From: Candidatus Wirthbacteria bacterium
Lineage (GTDB): Bacteria; Patescibacteriota; CG2-30-54-11
Assembly: GCA_903889905.1 (NCBI GenBank)
Contig: CAISZI010000046.1
Coordinates: 64,853-128,852, forward strand
Direction of reading: 5' to 3'
DNA length: 64,000 nucleotides
Made by a program: the position numbers and the translations under genes
The notes under the pieces: model-generated
Told to the model about the DNA's origin: nothing
Seen by the model: only the letters and a program-made list of their open reading frames with translations
The model's database searches: none
Part shown: positions 9,216 through 17,959 of the stretch, piece after piece
How the letters are laid out: each line of letters starts with the position of its first letter
Position numbering within the stretch: position 1 is the stretch's first letter

Positions 9216-10007
9216 CTATACCTTAAGCTCCCGCACCAGTGCCTCAATTCCCTCAAGTTTTTTCCCCTCCGGCAAAGTGTCATACCGATCCAGCATGGCA
9301 CTGCCCACAATCGCCACTTCGGCCAGGGGAGCAATCTGCTCAACCTGCGACCGTTTCTTGATGCCAAACCCAACCGCCAGTGGCAACTGCAAGGTCAACT
9401 TTGTCCGCTCCAGATACGTCACCAATTCCGGATCCAGTGTTTCGCGTGCGCCGGTCACCCCATAAGTTGCAAAACAGTACACAAACCCACGGGCAAACTT
9501 GGCAATCTGCTCCAGTCGCGCTGACGTTGTGGCTGGTGACACAAAGCAGACATTGAGCAAACCGAAACGCTCGGCCGTGGCAAACAACTTTTCCGTCTCT
9601 TCCTCCTGAATCGGCATATCGGGAATCAATAAACCGCTGACACCCGTGGCCGCGGCCTCCGCACAAAACGCTTCCACGCCATAACTGTGCACCAGGTTGA
9701 AATAGCTCATCAGCAGCAGCGGTATCGCAACCGTTTCCCGCAATCTGCGCACCAACGCAAAAGCATCCGCCACTTTGGTCCCGCCAGAGAGCGATAAATC
9801 ATTAGCACGCATCATTGTCGGGCCATCCGCCACCGGATCGGAAAACGGCAGCTGCAGCTCGACAAAATCCGCCCCCGCCCGCGCCATGGCCTGCACAACA
9901 CTGACGTTTGCCTCGAGGCTTGGATAGCCGACAACGACATGGGTCATCAAGCCGGTACATTCGTTGTGTTGCAAGTCATTAAGTTTTTCAATTATCGCAT
10001 TCATCAA
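9216..10007 (-). CDS. trpA: Tryptophan synthase alpha subunit
   Basis: VVGYPSLEANVSVVQAMARAGADFVELQLPFSDPVADGPTMMRAN and the TIM-barrel TrpA core; last gene of the trp operon. Confidence 0.9.
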   Translation of the reverse strand: MMNAIIEKLNDLQHNECTGLMTHVVVGYPSLEANVSVVQAMARAGADFVELQLPFSDPVADGPTMMRANDLSLSGGTKVADAFALVRRLRETVAIPLLLMSYFNLVHSYGVEAFCAEAAATGVSGLLIPDMPIQEEETEKLFATAERFGLLNVCFVSPATTSARLEQIAKFARGFVYCFATYGVTGARETLDPELVTYLERTKLTLQLPLAVGFGIKKRSQVEQIAPLAEVAIVGSAMLDRYDTLPEGKKLEGIEALVRELKV

Positions 10008-10024
10008 TTTCCCTTTCTTAAATC

Positions 10025-10156
10025 ATTGATTGTGCCGGTTGCTTTTGCGCCGAAACAACCGACCGGAGCCATCTCCAAAACTGTCCCTTCGACCGCCTTA
10101 CATATTACTGAACTCAAGTCATTTGTGCAGGCGTAAAAGCAACCGGCACAATCAAT
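10025..10156. repeat. 132-bp element with perfect 22-bp terminal inverted repeats (ATTGATTGTGCCGGTTGCTTTT ... AAAAGCAACCGGCACAATCAAT) in the trpB-trpA spacer
   Basis: Perfect reverse-complement match between 10025-10046 and 10135-10156, extendable to about 27 bp with one mismatch. It occupies what is normally a near-zero trpB-trpA gap. Confidence 0.6.
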
Positions 10157-10170
10157 CCCTCTTGTAATCT

Positions 10171-11415
10171 TCATAAAGCCGCCCGCTTCAAAAATGCTTT
10201 CCATTTCTCATCCCCCAGCGCCTCGGCCACGATAAAAATGTCCTTATCCCCGCGGCCCGACAGGTTGACCACAATGCTTTGTGATGACGATAGCGTAGGC
10301 GCCAGTTTAATGGCTTCGGCCACCGCGTGCGCGGATTCAAGCGCCGGGATAATGCCTTCGGTTTTGATTAAAGTTTTCAGTGCAGCCAGAACTTCGATGT
10401 CCGTGGCATAATGCATAACCAGTCGTCCACGGCTGTGCATATAGGCAAGCTGCGGGCCAACTCCAGCATAATCCAGTCCTGCCGAGACACTGTGCGTGGG
10501 TTGAATCTGTCCTTCGCTGTCCTGCAAAAACAAAGATTTATAGCCCTCGACCACGCCTGGCCGGCCGGCCCCAAAACGAACCGCGTGCTCACCGACCTTG
10601 GTGACGCCGCGGCCACCGGCTTCCACCCCAATCAAGTGGACAGCGCTGTCGTCCAGAAAAGCATTGAACAAGCCCATGGCATTGCTGCCGCCGCCGACAC
10701 AAGCGACCAGATAGTCCGGTTTGTCGACGCCATACTCCTTGAGCTGCTCCCGTACCTCGAGCCCGACGATACTTTGGAAATCACGGTTCATGGAGGGAAA
10801 CGGATGTGGCCCAAGGCATGAGCCCAGCAGATAATGCGTGTCACGCACTGTGGCAATCCAGTCTTTAATCGCGGCGTTAACGGCGTCTTTGAGTGTGCGT
10901 GATCCAAATTCCACCGACCGCACCTCAGCCCCAAGCTGCTCCATCCAGAACACGTTGGGCCGTTGCCGCGCAATATCCACCTCACCCATAAAGATTGTGC
11001 ATTCAAACCCGAATTTAGCCGCCACCGTGGCTGTCGCTAGACCGTGTTGGCCCGCACCGGTTTCGGCGATCAGACGTTTTTTGCCCATGCGTTTGGCCAA
11101 GAGTGCCTGGCCCAGTGCATGGTTGATTTTGTGCGCACCGGTATGGTTGAGGCCTTCGTTTTTGATAAAAATTCTGGCACCACCCAGCTGTCGGGTTAAA
11201 TTCTCGGCAAAGTAGAGCGGCGTGGGCCGGCCGGAAAAATGCTGAAACAAATCCAACAATTCTCGCTCAAAATTCGCATCCTGTCGTGCCACGTTGTAAG
11301 CGCCATTCAATTCCTGCAACGCGGGATAAAGCATCTCGGGCACATACTGCCCGCCAAACGGTCCAAAGTGCCCGCCTGCATCCGCATCAAATGTCGTGGG
11401 GAAAAAAAGTTTCAT
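10171..11415 (-). CDS. trpB: Tryptophan synthase beta subunit (PLP-dependent)
   Basis: HTGAHKINHALGQALLAKRMGKKRLIAETGAGQHG and GGGSNAMGLF motifs; 414 aa. Confidence 0.95.
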   Translation of the reverse strand: MKLFFPTTFDADAGGHFGPFGGQYVPEMLYPALQELNGAYNVARQDANFERELLDLFQHFSGRPTPLYFAENLTRQLGGARIFIKNEGLNHTGAHKINHALGQALLAKRMGKKRLIAETGAGQHGLATATVAAKFGFECTIFMGEVDIARQRPNVFWMEQLGAEVRSVEFGSRTLKDAVNAAIKDWIATVRDTHYLLGSCLGPHPFPSMNRDFQSIVGLEVREQLKEYGVDKPDYLVACVGGGSNAMGLFNAFLDDSAVHLIGVEAGGRGVTKVGEHAVRFGAGRPGVVEGYKSLFLQDSEGQIQPTHSVSAGLDYAGVGPQLAYMHSRGRLVMHYATDIEVLAALKTLIKTEGIIPALESAHAVAEAIKLAPTLSSSQSIVVNLSGRGDKDIFIVAEALGDEKWKAFLKRAAL

Positions 11416-11429
11416 CCGGTCTCCTCTAG

Positions 11430-11855
11430 TTAAGTCAAATCCGTACTTGCAACCGACCGATAATCCAGTTGCGCCAAAACGCCTGCCAAAGCATTACCCT
11501 TGCTTACCATGACCACGATCGCCTTGTACAAATCTTTACCACTGGGGAACACCTGCAGGGCATCGTATTGGCCACCTGCCGCTTTGATGGCCTGCAAAAG
11601 TCGGGACAACGCGCCCGGCGAATCGTCAATTTCGACAGCTTCCACCTGATCTAGATGTGCCAGGTGTTTGGCGTCCTGTAAAGCGGTAAGCGCCACGTTG
11701 GGCTGGTCGACCAAAAACCTGATCGCGTCGCCCGCCGTTTGCATTTGGACGGTCATGGCCACACCATTCACGCCCGCTCGGCCGAGAATTCCCGTCACAT
11801 CAATTATCAATTCCGGGTCAGGCGTAATATAAATCGTCACTCGCGACAATGACAT
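11430..11855 (-). CDS. Small ACT-domain-like protein embedded in the trp operon
   Basis: 141 aa with a beta-alpha-beta-beta-alpha-beta ACT-like pattern (VTIYITPDPELIIDVTGILGRAGVNGVAM...); sits between trpF and trpB on the same strand with short gaps. Confidence 0.45.
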   Translation of the reverse strand: MSLSRVTIYITPDPELIIDVTGILGRAGVNGVAMTVQMQTAGDAIRFLVDQPNVALTALQDAKHLAHLDQVEAVEIDDSPGALSRLLQAIKAAGGQYDALQVFPSGKDLYKAIVVMVSKGNALAGVLAQLDYRSVASTDLT

Positions 11856-11875
11856 TTTTTCTCCTTGATCATGTT

Positions 11876-12520
11876 TTAAACAACCGCTTTGGCTGTCCGA
11901 ATGAACTGTCGAATAAGCTCGTTATCTTTAATCCCGCGACTGCTTTCCACGCCGCTCGAAACATCGACGATGTCCGGATGAATCGTTGCGATCGCCGCTT
12001 GCACATTGCCTGGGTTCAGGCCGCCCGCAAGGATAATGGGTTTGCCATAGCGTTTGATTCCGTGCGCCAAAGTCCAAGCAAACGTTGTGCCAGTGCCGCC
12101 GGTTTTTCCGTCAATTTGTGTGTCCAGATGGATGCCGTCAACTTCGTCAACAAAAGATTTCACGCGCTGCACAAGATCTTCACTCCCCACGCCAAATGAC
12201 TTCCAGACAAGCAGACCAGCAGCACGCAGCAGCCGACAATCTTCAGGACTTTGACGACCCTGAAGTTGAACTCCATCCAGATGAGCGCTCTGAGCAATGG
12301 CCAGAACTTCGGCAGCTTTTTGCTCCACAAAAACACCCATTAACTTGATGTTACTGCGATCCTCCTCCAACGCGTTCACTAGTGGAATCAATGCACACAC
12401 TTCCACTGATCGCGGCGACGATGGCACATTTACCACAAACCCAAGGAACTCTGCCCCCGCCGCTACCGCCGTTTGTGCCGTCACCAAATCCCGGATGCCA
12501 CAAATTTTTACTAGGGTCAT
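11876..12520 (-). CDS. trpF: Phosphoribosylanthranilate isomerase
   Basis: MTLVKICGIRDLVTAQTAVAAGAEFLGFVV...; start overlaps the trpD::trpC stop by 4 nt. Confidence 0.85.
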   Translation of the reverse strand: MTLVKICGIRDLVTAQTAVAAGAEFLGFVVNVPSSPRSVEVCALIPLVNALEEDRSNIKLMGVFVEQKAAEVLAIAQSAHLDGVQLQGRQSPEDCRLLRAAGLLVWKSFGVGSEDLVQRVKSFVDEVDGIHLDTQIDGKTGGTGTTFAWTLAHGIKRYGKPIILAGGLNPGNVQAAIATIHPDIVDVSSGVESSRGIKDNELIRQFIRTAKAVV

Positions 12521-14508
12521 TTCTTTTTCCTTTTACCTGTATCTTTTCCGTCATTCTGAGCGGAGCGAAGAATCCTTACTGCGCGCGGACCAAAAGTCAG
12601 TTGGTCATTGTGGTGTAGATCGCTCGCCAAGCCTCGGGATGACAATTGAGAAGACTTCTCTATCCCCATTAACTCCGCAATCTTCTCCCCCGCATCCCGA
12701 CTTACCATCAAACTCGTCCCCACCAGCACCGCCTTGGCGCCAGCCTTTTGTAAACGCACCACATCCTCCCGGCTTTCCACCGCTGACTCCGCCACCAATA
12801 AACAGTCGCTTGGCACCAATCCGGCCAATTTCTCAACGCTGGCCAAATCCGTTTGCATGGTGCTGAGATCACGCGCATTAATCCCGATTATTTTCGCCCC
12901 AAGTTTGACCGCGCGATCAATTTCTACAGCTGTATGTGTTTCGACCAGCACCTCCATGCTAAGCTGTACGGCCACGGCCATTAATTCCTTCAATGGGTCA
13001 TCTTCCAACATCGCCACGATCAACAAAATAGCATCCGCACCATACAGCCTGGCTTCATAAATCTGATAGGCATCAACCATGAAATCTTTTTGTAAAACCG
13101 GAAGTTGAACCGCCGCCCGCACTGCTTCAAGGTCTGCCAGGCTTCCCCCAAAGTAACGCCCATCCGTCAGAACAGAAATGGCCTCGGCACCGGCTTTGGC
13201 ATAGGTCTGTGCCAGCGCCGTCACGTCAAAAGTCTCCTGCAAGACGCCGCGCGATGGCGACTGCCGCTTGATCTCGGCAATCAGTGCCATCGCACTAGAC
13301 TGGCTCTGCAAGGCAGACAACAGGCTTCGTTTTACCAGCGGCAAATCTTTGACCTTTTCTTTGATCTGCGCCAAAGATACTTGCTGTTTACGAACCTCAA
13401 CTTCGACACGTTTATGAGCAAAAATTTCATTTAACAGATTTTCTCTTACCCCCTTTATAAAGGGGGCAGGGGGATTTTTCAGTTTTCCCGTCTTTATTCT
13501 TTGACTCTTCTCCCTCAACTCTTCCACTTTCTCCATCGCCTTACCACTTCCTATCATCTCCTCAGCCATTTTTACTCCTTCTACCAAACTGCTCACCTTA
13601 CCAGCCACCAACAGCCCCGCCGCTGCATTGGCGAGCACAAAGTCGCGTTTGGGGCCCGTTTCCGTACCATTCAAAATAGACCGCAAGATCGTGGCGTTCA
13701 TTTGTGCGTCACCACCAACAAGTGCATCAAGCGGTGCTTGAACCAGACCAAAATCAGCTGGTGAAACAGAATATGTCGTTACTTTTCCATCCTGCAATGC
13801 ACTCACCTGCGTTACACCATGCACCGCGACCTCATCAAGTCCACTCCCATGCACCACCATCGCTCGTTTGGTGCCAAGCTCCATAAGCACACGCGCTAAC
13901 GGCTCCGTCAGTTCAGGAGAATAGACACCGATCAACTGATATTCCGCCCCAGCCGGGTTGCTTAAGGGCCCCAGCACATTAAAAATCGTGCGCATGCCCA
14001 ATGCTTTCCGTGCTGGCATGACATGTTTGACGCCTGGGTGAAAGGCCGGTGCAAACATAAACCCAATCCCAACCTCCCGCAAACAGTCTTCGACTGCATC
14101 TGGTTTGAGGTCTACGGCAATACCCAACGCTTCCAGCACGTCAGCACTGCCCGAGCGGCTCGAAAGCGCCCGGTTCCCATGCTTGGCAACTTTCACGCCA
14201 GCGGCAGCCAGGATGAAGGCGGCGGTGGTCGAAACATTGAACGTTTGAGCTCCATCGCCACCCGTGCCACAGCAATCCAACACCGGAAAATCAACGTTAA
14301 CTTTTGCCGCATGTTCCCGCATCACCCGCGCCAAGGCAGCAATTTCTGCAATAGTTTCGCCCTTTTGTCTCAGTCCCATCAGCAGCGCCCCGATCTGGGC
14401 ATCGCTGCCTTCACCGTTCATCAGGCTGTGCATCATACCCTCGGCTTCTGCGCGCGACAAATCCTGACCAGCTCCAAGTTTGTGTAAAACCGATGTTATA
14501 TTATCCAT
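12517..14508 (-). CDS. trpD-trpC: Fused anthranilate phosphoribosyltransferase and indole-3-glycerol-phosphate synthase (TrpD::TrpC), with a linker and a 45-aa basic C-terminal tail encoded by hairpin repeats
   Basis: N-terminal half is TrpD (GTGGDG, KHGNRALSSRSGSADVLEALG). C-terminal half is TrpC (ENLLNEIFAHKRVEV..., IAEIKRQSPSRG). The linker KLKNPPAPFIKGV is encoded by the perfect palindrome CCCCCTTTATAAAGGGGG at 13449-13466. The tail ...RSAQNDGKDTGKRKKK is encoded by 12520-12660, including GTCATTCTGAGCGGAGCGAAGAATCC. Confidence 0.85.
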   Translation of the reverse strand: MDNITSVLHKLGAGQDLSRAEAEGMMHSLMNGEGSDAQIGALLMGLRQKGETIAEIAALARVMREHAAKVNVDFPVLDCCGTGGDGAQTFNVSTTAAFILAAAGVKVAKHGNRALSSRSGSADVLEALGIAVDLKPDAVEDCLREVGIGFMFAPAFHPGVKHVMPARKALGMRTIFNVLGPLSNPAGAEYQLIGVYSPELTEPLARVLMELGTKRAMVVHGSGLDEVAVHGVTQVSALQDGKVTTYSVSPADFGLVQAPLDALVGGDAQMNATILRSILNGTETGPKRDFVLANAAAGLLVAGKVSSLVEGVKMAEEMIGSGKAMEKVEELREKSQRIKTGKLKNPPAPFIKGVRENLLNEIFAHKRVEVEVRKQQVSLAQIKEKVKDLPLVKRSLLSALQSQSSAMALIAEIKRQSPSRGVLQETFDVTALAQTYAKAGAEAISVLTDGRYFGGSLADLEAVRAAVQLPVLQKDFMVDAYQIYEARLYGADAILLIVAMLEDDPLKELMAVAVQLSMEVLVETHTAVEIDRAVKLGAKIIGINARDLSTMQTDLASVEKLAGLVPSDCLLVAESAVESREDVVRLQKAGAKAVLVGTSLMVSRDAGEKIAELMGIEKSSQLSSRGLASDLHHNDQLTFGPRAVRILRSAQNDGKDTGKRKKK

Positions 14509-14509
14509 C

Positions 14510-15094
14510 TCATTTCCCCTTGCACTGCAAAAAATTCGTCACCATCTGTTTGCCCACTTCCGTGCCAATCGATTCGGGATGAAACTGGATGCCTTCGATC
14601 GGGAACTGCCGATGCCGCAGTCCCATGATCAATCCGTCCTCGGTTTCTGCCGAAACCTCCAGTACCCCCGGCAACGACGACCGCTCCACCAGGAGCGAAT
14701 GGTAGCGCATGCCCAAAAAAGGATTTTCAATGCCGGCAAAAATACCCTGGCCGTCGTGACGGATCAAACTCTGTTTGCCGTGCAGAGCAATTGGCGCGCG
14801 CACCACATTGCCCCCAAAAATCGCCCCAATCCCCTGATGCCCGAGGCAAACGCCCAGCAGTGGTATCGTTTTACCCATTGCCAAAATCACTTCGCGGCAC
14901 ACCCCAAAGTAATGCGCATCCCGCGGATCTCCGGGCCCTGGTGAAATCACAATATGCGAAGGCATCAATAGCTGCGCTTCCTCCAGGCTGATCTGGTCGT
15001 TACGAAAAACCACCGGATTCCCACCCAGCTCACCAATGATCTGATAGAGGTTGTAGGTAAACGAATCGTAGTTGTCGATGATAAGCGTTTTCAT
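14510..15094 (-). CDS. trpG: Anthranilate synthase component II (glutamine amidotransferase)
   Basis: MKTLIIDNYDSFTYNLYQ..; catalytic GVCLGHQ; start overlaps the trpE stop (ATGA). Confidence 0.9.
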   Translation of the reverse strand: MKTLIIDNYDSFTYNLYQIIGELGGNPVVFRNDQISLEEAQLLMPSHIVISPGPGDPRDAHYFGVCREVILAMGKTIPLLGVCLGHQGIGAIFGGNVVRAPIALHGKQSLIRHDGQGIFAGIENPFLGMRYHSLLVERSSLPGVLEVSAETEDGLIMGLRHRQFPIEGIQFHPESIGTEVGKQMVTNFLQCKGK

Positions 15095-16665
15095 GGTTTG
15101 TCCTTTCTGTCATCGCGAGAAAGAGAACTCACCCTACCCTCTCTTTGGTAAAGAGAGGGTAAATGCATTACCCCCTTCCCTTTACTATAGGCCTTAGTCC
15201 CGTAAGGGGGAAGGGCTGGGGATGAGTTCATCTTTGCCAACTTCAGCGCCGCCTCCATTCCCCTCGCCTTGCGTTCAATTTCCTCCGCTTCCTGCTCTGG
15301 CGTCGAATCCTGCACCACGCCACTACCGACCTGGCTATAGGCTTTATCTCCCACGATAAACAAACTGCGCAGGCCGACCGAAAAAATACATTCCCCATTT
15401 AAACCAAACCCGCCAATTTCCCCGGCATACGGTCCACGCGGTGCTTTTTCCAAAGCGTGGATAATTTTCATGGCTTCAATTTTGGGCGCTCCCGATACCG
15501 TTCCCATGGGCGAAGCTGCACTAACGCAGTCAAACTGATTGAGTTCACTCCGCAACGTTCCCTTGAGTTTGCTTTCCATGTGCTGGACATGTGAAAAACG
15601 TTTGGGCACCATCAGTTCATCCACTTTGACCGACCCGAATTCACACACGCGCCCGAGGTCATTGCGGCCCAGATCGACGAGCATCATATGTTCGGCGCGT
15701 TCCTTGGCATTGGCGCGCATCGCGTCAAACAGAACTTCGTCCTCAGATGGTATCTGCCCACGCAAGGTGGTGCCGGCGAGGGGGAAATTCTCTACCACAA
15801 ACTGCTTCTGCGCATTGCGTCGCACCCTTGAAACCAAGTCCACGCTCGAGGTGATGATTTCTCGCTGGCCGAATTTGATATAAGACAAATAGGGCGATGG
15901 ATTGACCTGCCGCAAGGCATCATAAATGCGGCGTTTGTCACCCTGCAGTTCATAACCATACTGCACGGCCAGCACTACCTGAAAGATATCGCCCGCCGCA
16001 ATATGCTCTTTGGCTGTGTGGATCATTTGCAGGTATTCGTCCTGGGTTGTATTGCTGCCCAGTGCAGTAAAACCAAAAGTTCCAAACGTGGCAGGTGGGC
16101 CTGCGATCAGCGCGTCAACCCGTTTTCGGCGGTCGGCGCCAACCGTGAAGTAGCTGAGTTCGTGAAGCTGTTTGTCATAGACAATTCCATCCAAAAACAG
16201 TCCCAACTCAAACGCCGGGAAGTCTGGATGCTCACCAAACTCAACCGCTGGCTCAAAGTACTCAGTTGCTTCATAACCCAGATAGCCATACAACCCACCG
16301 GCGTAACCACTCCTGGGCAAAAGATGTGTCTGGATTTCCCGCAACGCATCATAAGGGTTGGCGCACTCCATCGATTTACCATCAACGATCAGCTGCCTGC
16401 CGCGCGCACTGACCATCTGCTCAGGCTCAAACATCAGCACCGAATAGCGCGAAAAGTCACTGTACTCGCCCAGGGACTCCAGAAATATCACGTGCTCAAA
16501 CTGGGCATAAGCACGCAAGAAGAGTTCGTAGATATCAATCTCAGACGGAATAACCTGTGCATGAAACTTGAGTGGAGGAATGTGAAAATAAGACATGGCG
16601 TGCCTGGCTAATGAATAAATTGCTGCATTAGCGTCGCCAATAGTGCCTTTTGTTTGTTTTGACAA
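15091..16665 (-). CDS. trpE: Anthranilate synthase component I with a non-canonical 45-aa C-terminal extension
   Basis: Chorismate-binding core (FLESLG..., GAPK, SGVVQDS). TTG start at 16665 preceded by GGGGAG; alternative ATG at 16596. The last 45 aa (...KGKGVMHLPSLYQREGRVSSLSRDDRKDKP) are encoded by hairpin-rich DNA at 15100-15240. Confidence 0.9.
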   Translation of the reverse strand: MSKQTKGTIGDANAAIYSLARHAMSYFHIPPLKFHAQVIPSEIDIYELFLRAYAQFEHVIFLESLGEYSDFSRYSVLMFEPEQMVSARGRQLIVDGKSMECANPYDALREIQTHLLPRSGYAGGLYGYLGYEATEYFEPAVEFGEHPDFPAFELGLFLDGIVYDKQLHELSYFTVGADRRKRVDALIAGPPATFGTFGFTALGSNTTQDEYLQMIHTAKEHIAAGDIFQVVLAVQYGYELQGDKRRIYDALRQVNPSPYLSYIKFGQREIITSSVDLVSRVRRNAQKQFVVENFPLAGTTLRGQIPSEDEVLFDAMRANAKERAEHMMLVDLGRNDLGRVCEFGSVKVDELMVPKRFSHVQHMESKLKGTLRSELNQFDCVSAASPMGTVSGAPKIEAMKIIHALEKAPRGPYAGEIGGFGLNGECIFSVGLRSLFIVGDKAYSQVGSGVVQDSTPEQEAEEIERKARGMEAALKLAKMNSSPALPPYGTKAYSKGKGVMHLPSLYQREGRVSSLSRDDRKDKP

Positions 16666-16995
16666 AAATCATCGCTGCTCCCCAAAAATTTAGACAACAA
16701 AAAACCTCTCGCCCTGGGTCCACGCAAAATCGTGAATCCAAAGGACGAGAGGTTTCTCTCATGGTGCCACCTTGCTTTACTGCTTTGCTCGCAAAACAGT
16801 TACTCTTCTCGACAGCGCTCCGCCGATTCGGCGGATGAACTGTCTAGCCTGTGATAACGGAGGCGGCCGTTTCGGCATTTTGCCGAGGTTATCCTTGGTC
16901 CATTCATTTGCGGATTGTGATGAAGCTTTCAGTCCGGGGCTTCACTTCCTGTTTCTAACCCGATGCAAATTACTCTACCAAGGAAAAGAACAATT
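16666..16995 (-). promoter_or_regulatory. T-box riboswitch leader of the trp operon (Trp specifier UGG; T-box AGGUGGCACC; long terminator hairpin)
   Basis: Minus-strand RNA reads ...AAUGAAUGGACC (UGG at 16900-16902) ... AAGCAAGGUGGCACCAUGAGAGAAACCUCUCGUCC ... GGGCGAGAGGUUUUUUGUUGU. The T-box element is at 16763-16772 with UGGC complementary to a GCCA acceptor end. A 12+9 bp interrupted hairpin followed by a U-run lies at 16701-16760, just upstream of the trpE RBS. Confidence 0.55.
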
Positions 16996-16997
16996 CA

Positions 16998-17026
16998 ATT
17001 ATAGATTAGGAATGAGAATCGGTCAA
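16998..17026 (-). promoter_or_regulatory. Sigma70-type promoter of the trp operon (TTGACC, 17-nt spacer, TATAAT)
   Basis: Minus-strand TTGACC at 17026-17021 and TATAAT at 17003-16998 with an exact 17-nt spacer. Confidence 0.5.
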
Positions 17027-17030
17027 TCCA

Positions 17031-17897
17031 TTACATCACCACCAGCACCACGCCTACAATCATCCCCGCAATCCCTACCAACTTCCTCACGCTGAGCTGA
17101 TCCCCATACAAAACCGCCGATCCTATCGCAATCGCCCCGATCGACGCCGCATTCAGGGCGTTGATGTAACCAATATTGGGCGCCAGGTTATAACCCACCT
17201 GCATGAAGTAATTAAACGCTGCCGAGAGCACGCCAATACTGAGTAACACCAGCCACTGGCGTAGTTCAAACTGCTTCCAATCAGTGTTACGTTGATGGTG
17301 CATCTCCCCACCAATGATGACACTGACGATCGTCATCGAGAGCAGCAATCGTGCCAGGACATTGACCCCGATCGTAAGCAGATATTTGGAGCTGAGCGCC
17401 AGCATTCCCCAACAAATAAATGACCCAATCGCCAACCACAACCAACGTGAGTCCGACGCGTCCCTTTTGACTTTGGGTTGCTCGAGCAGCATCACCGCTG
17501 CAAACACAACAATGACGCCAATCCCGATCGCTGCCTGCAGACTCAGCCTGGAGTGAAACAGCCAAATCGCAGCGATAGAAGTCATCAGCACATAACTTTT
17601 GCCGATGATCAGGCTGTAACCCGGATTGGGTGCCAGCTCAATGCTGCGGAGCGACAAGCGGTTACCGAGGTAGCTGCAAAATATCGCCGCGATGATGATC
17701 ACTGCAGCTTGCCAGAGCGACACCTTGAGTACAGCCGGCTGTCCCAGAGCCATGAACCCAAACACCAGGACGGGCACCACAAACATGGCCAGATTGGTCC
17801 AGACCTGACCAACGCCCAGGCGACTGCTGTGACGAACCAGCAAGTACATGGCAACGGATGCAACAAACATGATAGCGGCAGGCAGAATCCAGGACAT
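17031..17897 (-). CDS. DMT-superfamily (EamA-like) membrane transporter
   Basis: 288 aa, about 10 TM helices in two halves; typical EamA hydrophobic profile. Confidence 0.7.
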   Translation of the reverse strand: MSWILPAAIMFVASVAMYLLVRHSSRLGVGQVWTNLAMFVVPVLVFGFMALGQPAVLKVSLWQAAVIIIAAIFCSYLGNRLSLRSIELAPNPGYSLIIGKSYVLMTSIAAIWLFHSRLSLQAAIGIGVIVVFAAVMLLEQPKVKRDASDSRWLWLAIGSFICWGMLALSSKYLLTIGVNVLARLLLSMTIVSVIIGGEMHHQRNTDWKQFELRQWLVLLSIGVLSAAFNYFMQVGYNLAPNIGYINALNAASIGAIAIGSAVLYGDQLSVRKLVGIAGMIVGVVLVVM

Positions 17898-17959
17898 TTT
17901 TCGCCTATGGTGTAAAAAACAGCTTAATTGTATTGCTTATTTAATAATATTGAAAAGGC

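Noticed and set aside
10004-10204. 66-aa Cys-rich ORF in the trpB-trpA spacer
   Set aside because: It is generated by reading through the 22-bp inverted repeats, giving a pseudo-palindromic peptide. It has no RBS and is more likely an artefact of the element.
12297-12866. 189-aa plus-strand ORF containing RHSERSEESLLRADQK
   Set aside because: It is antisense to the trpF/trpDC junction and arises from the GC-rich repeat in the trpDC tail; no independent support.
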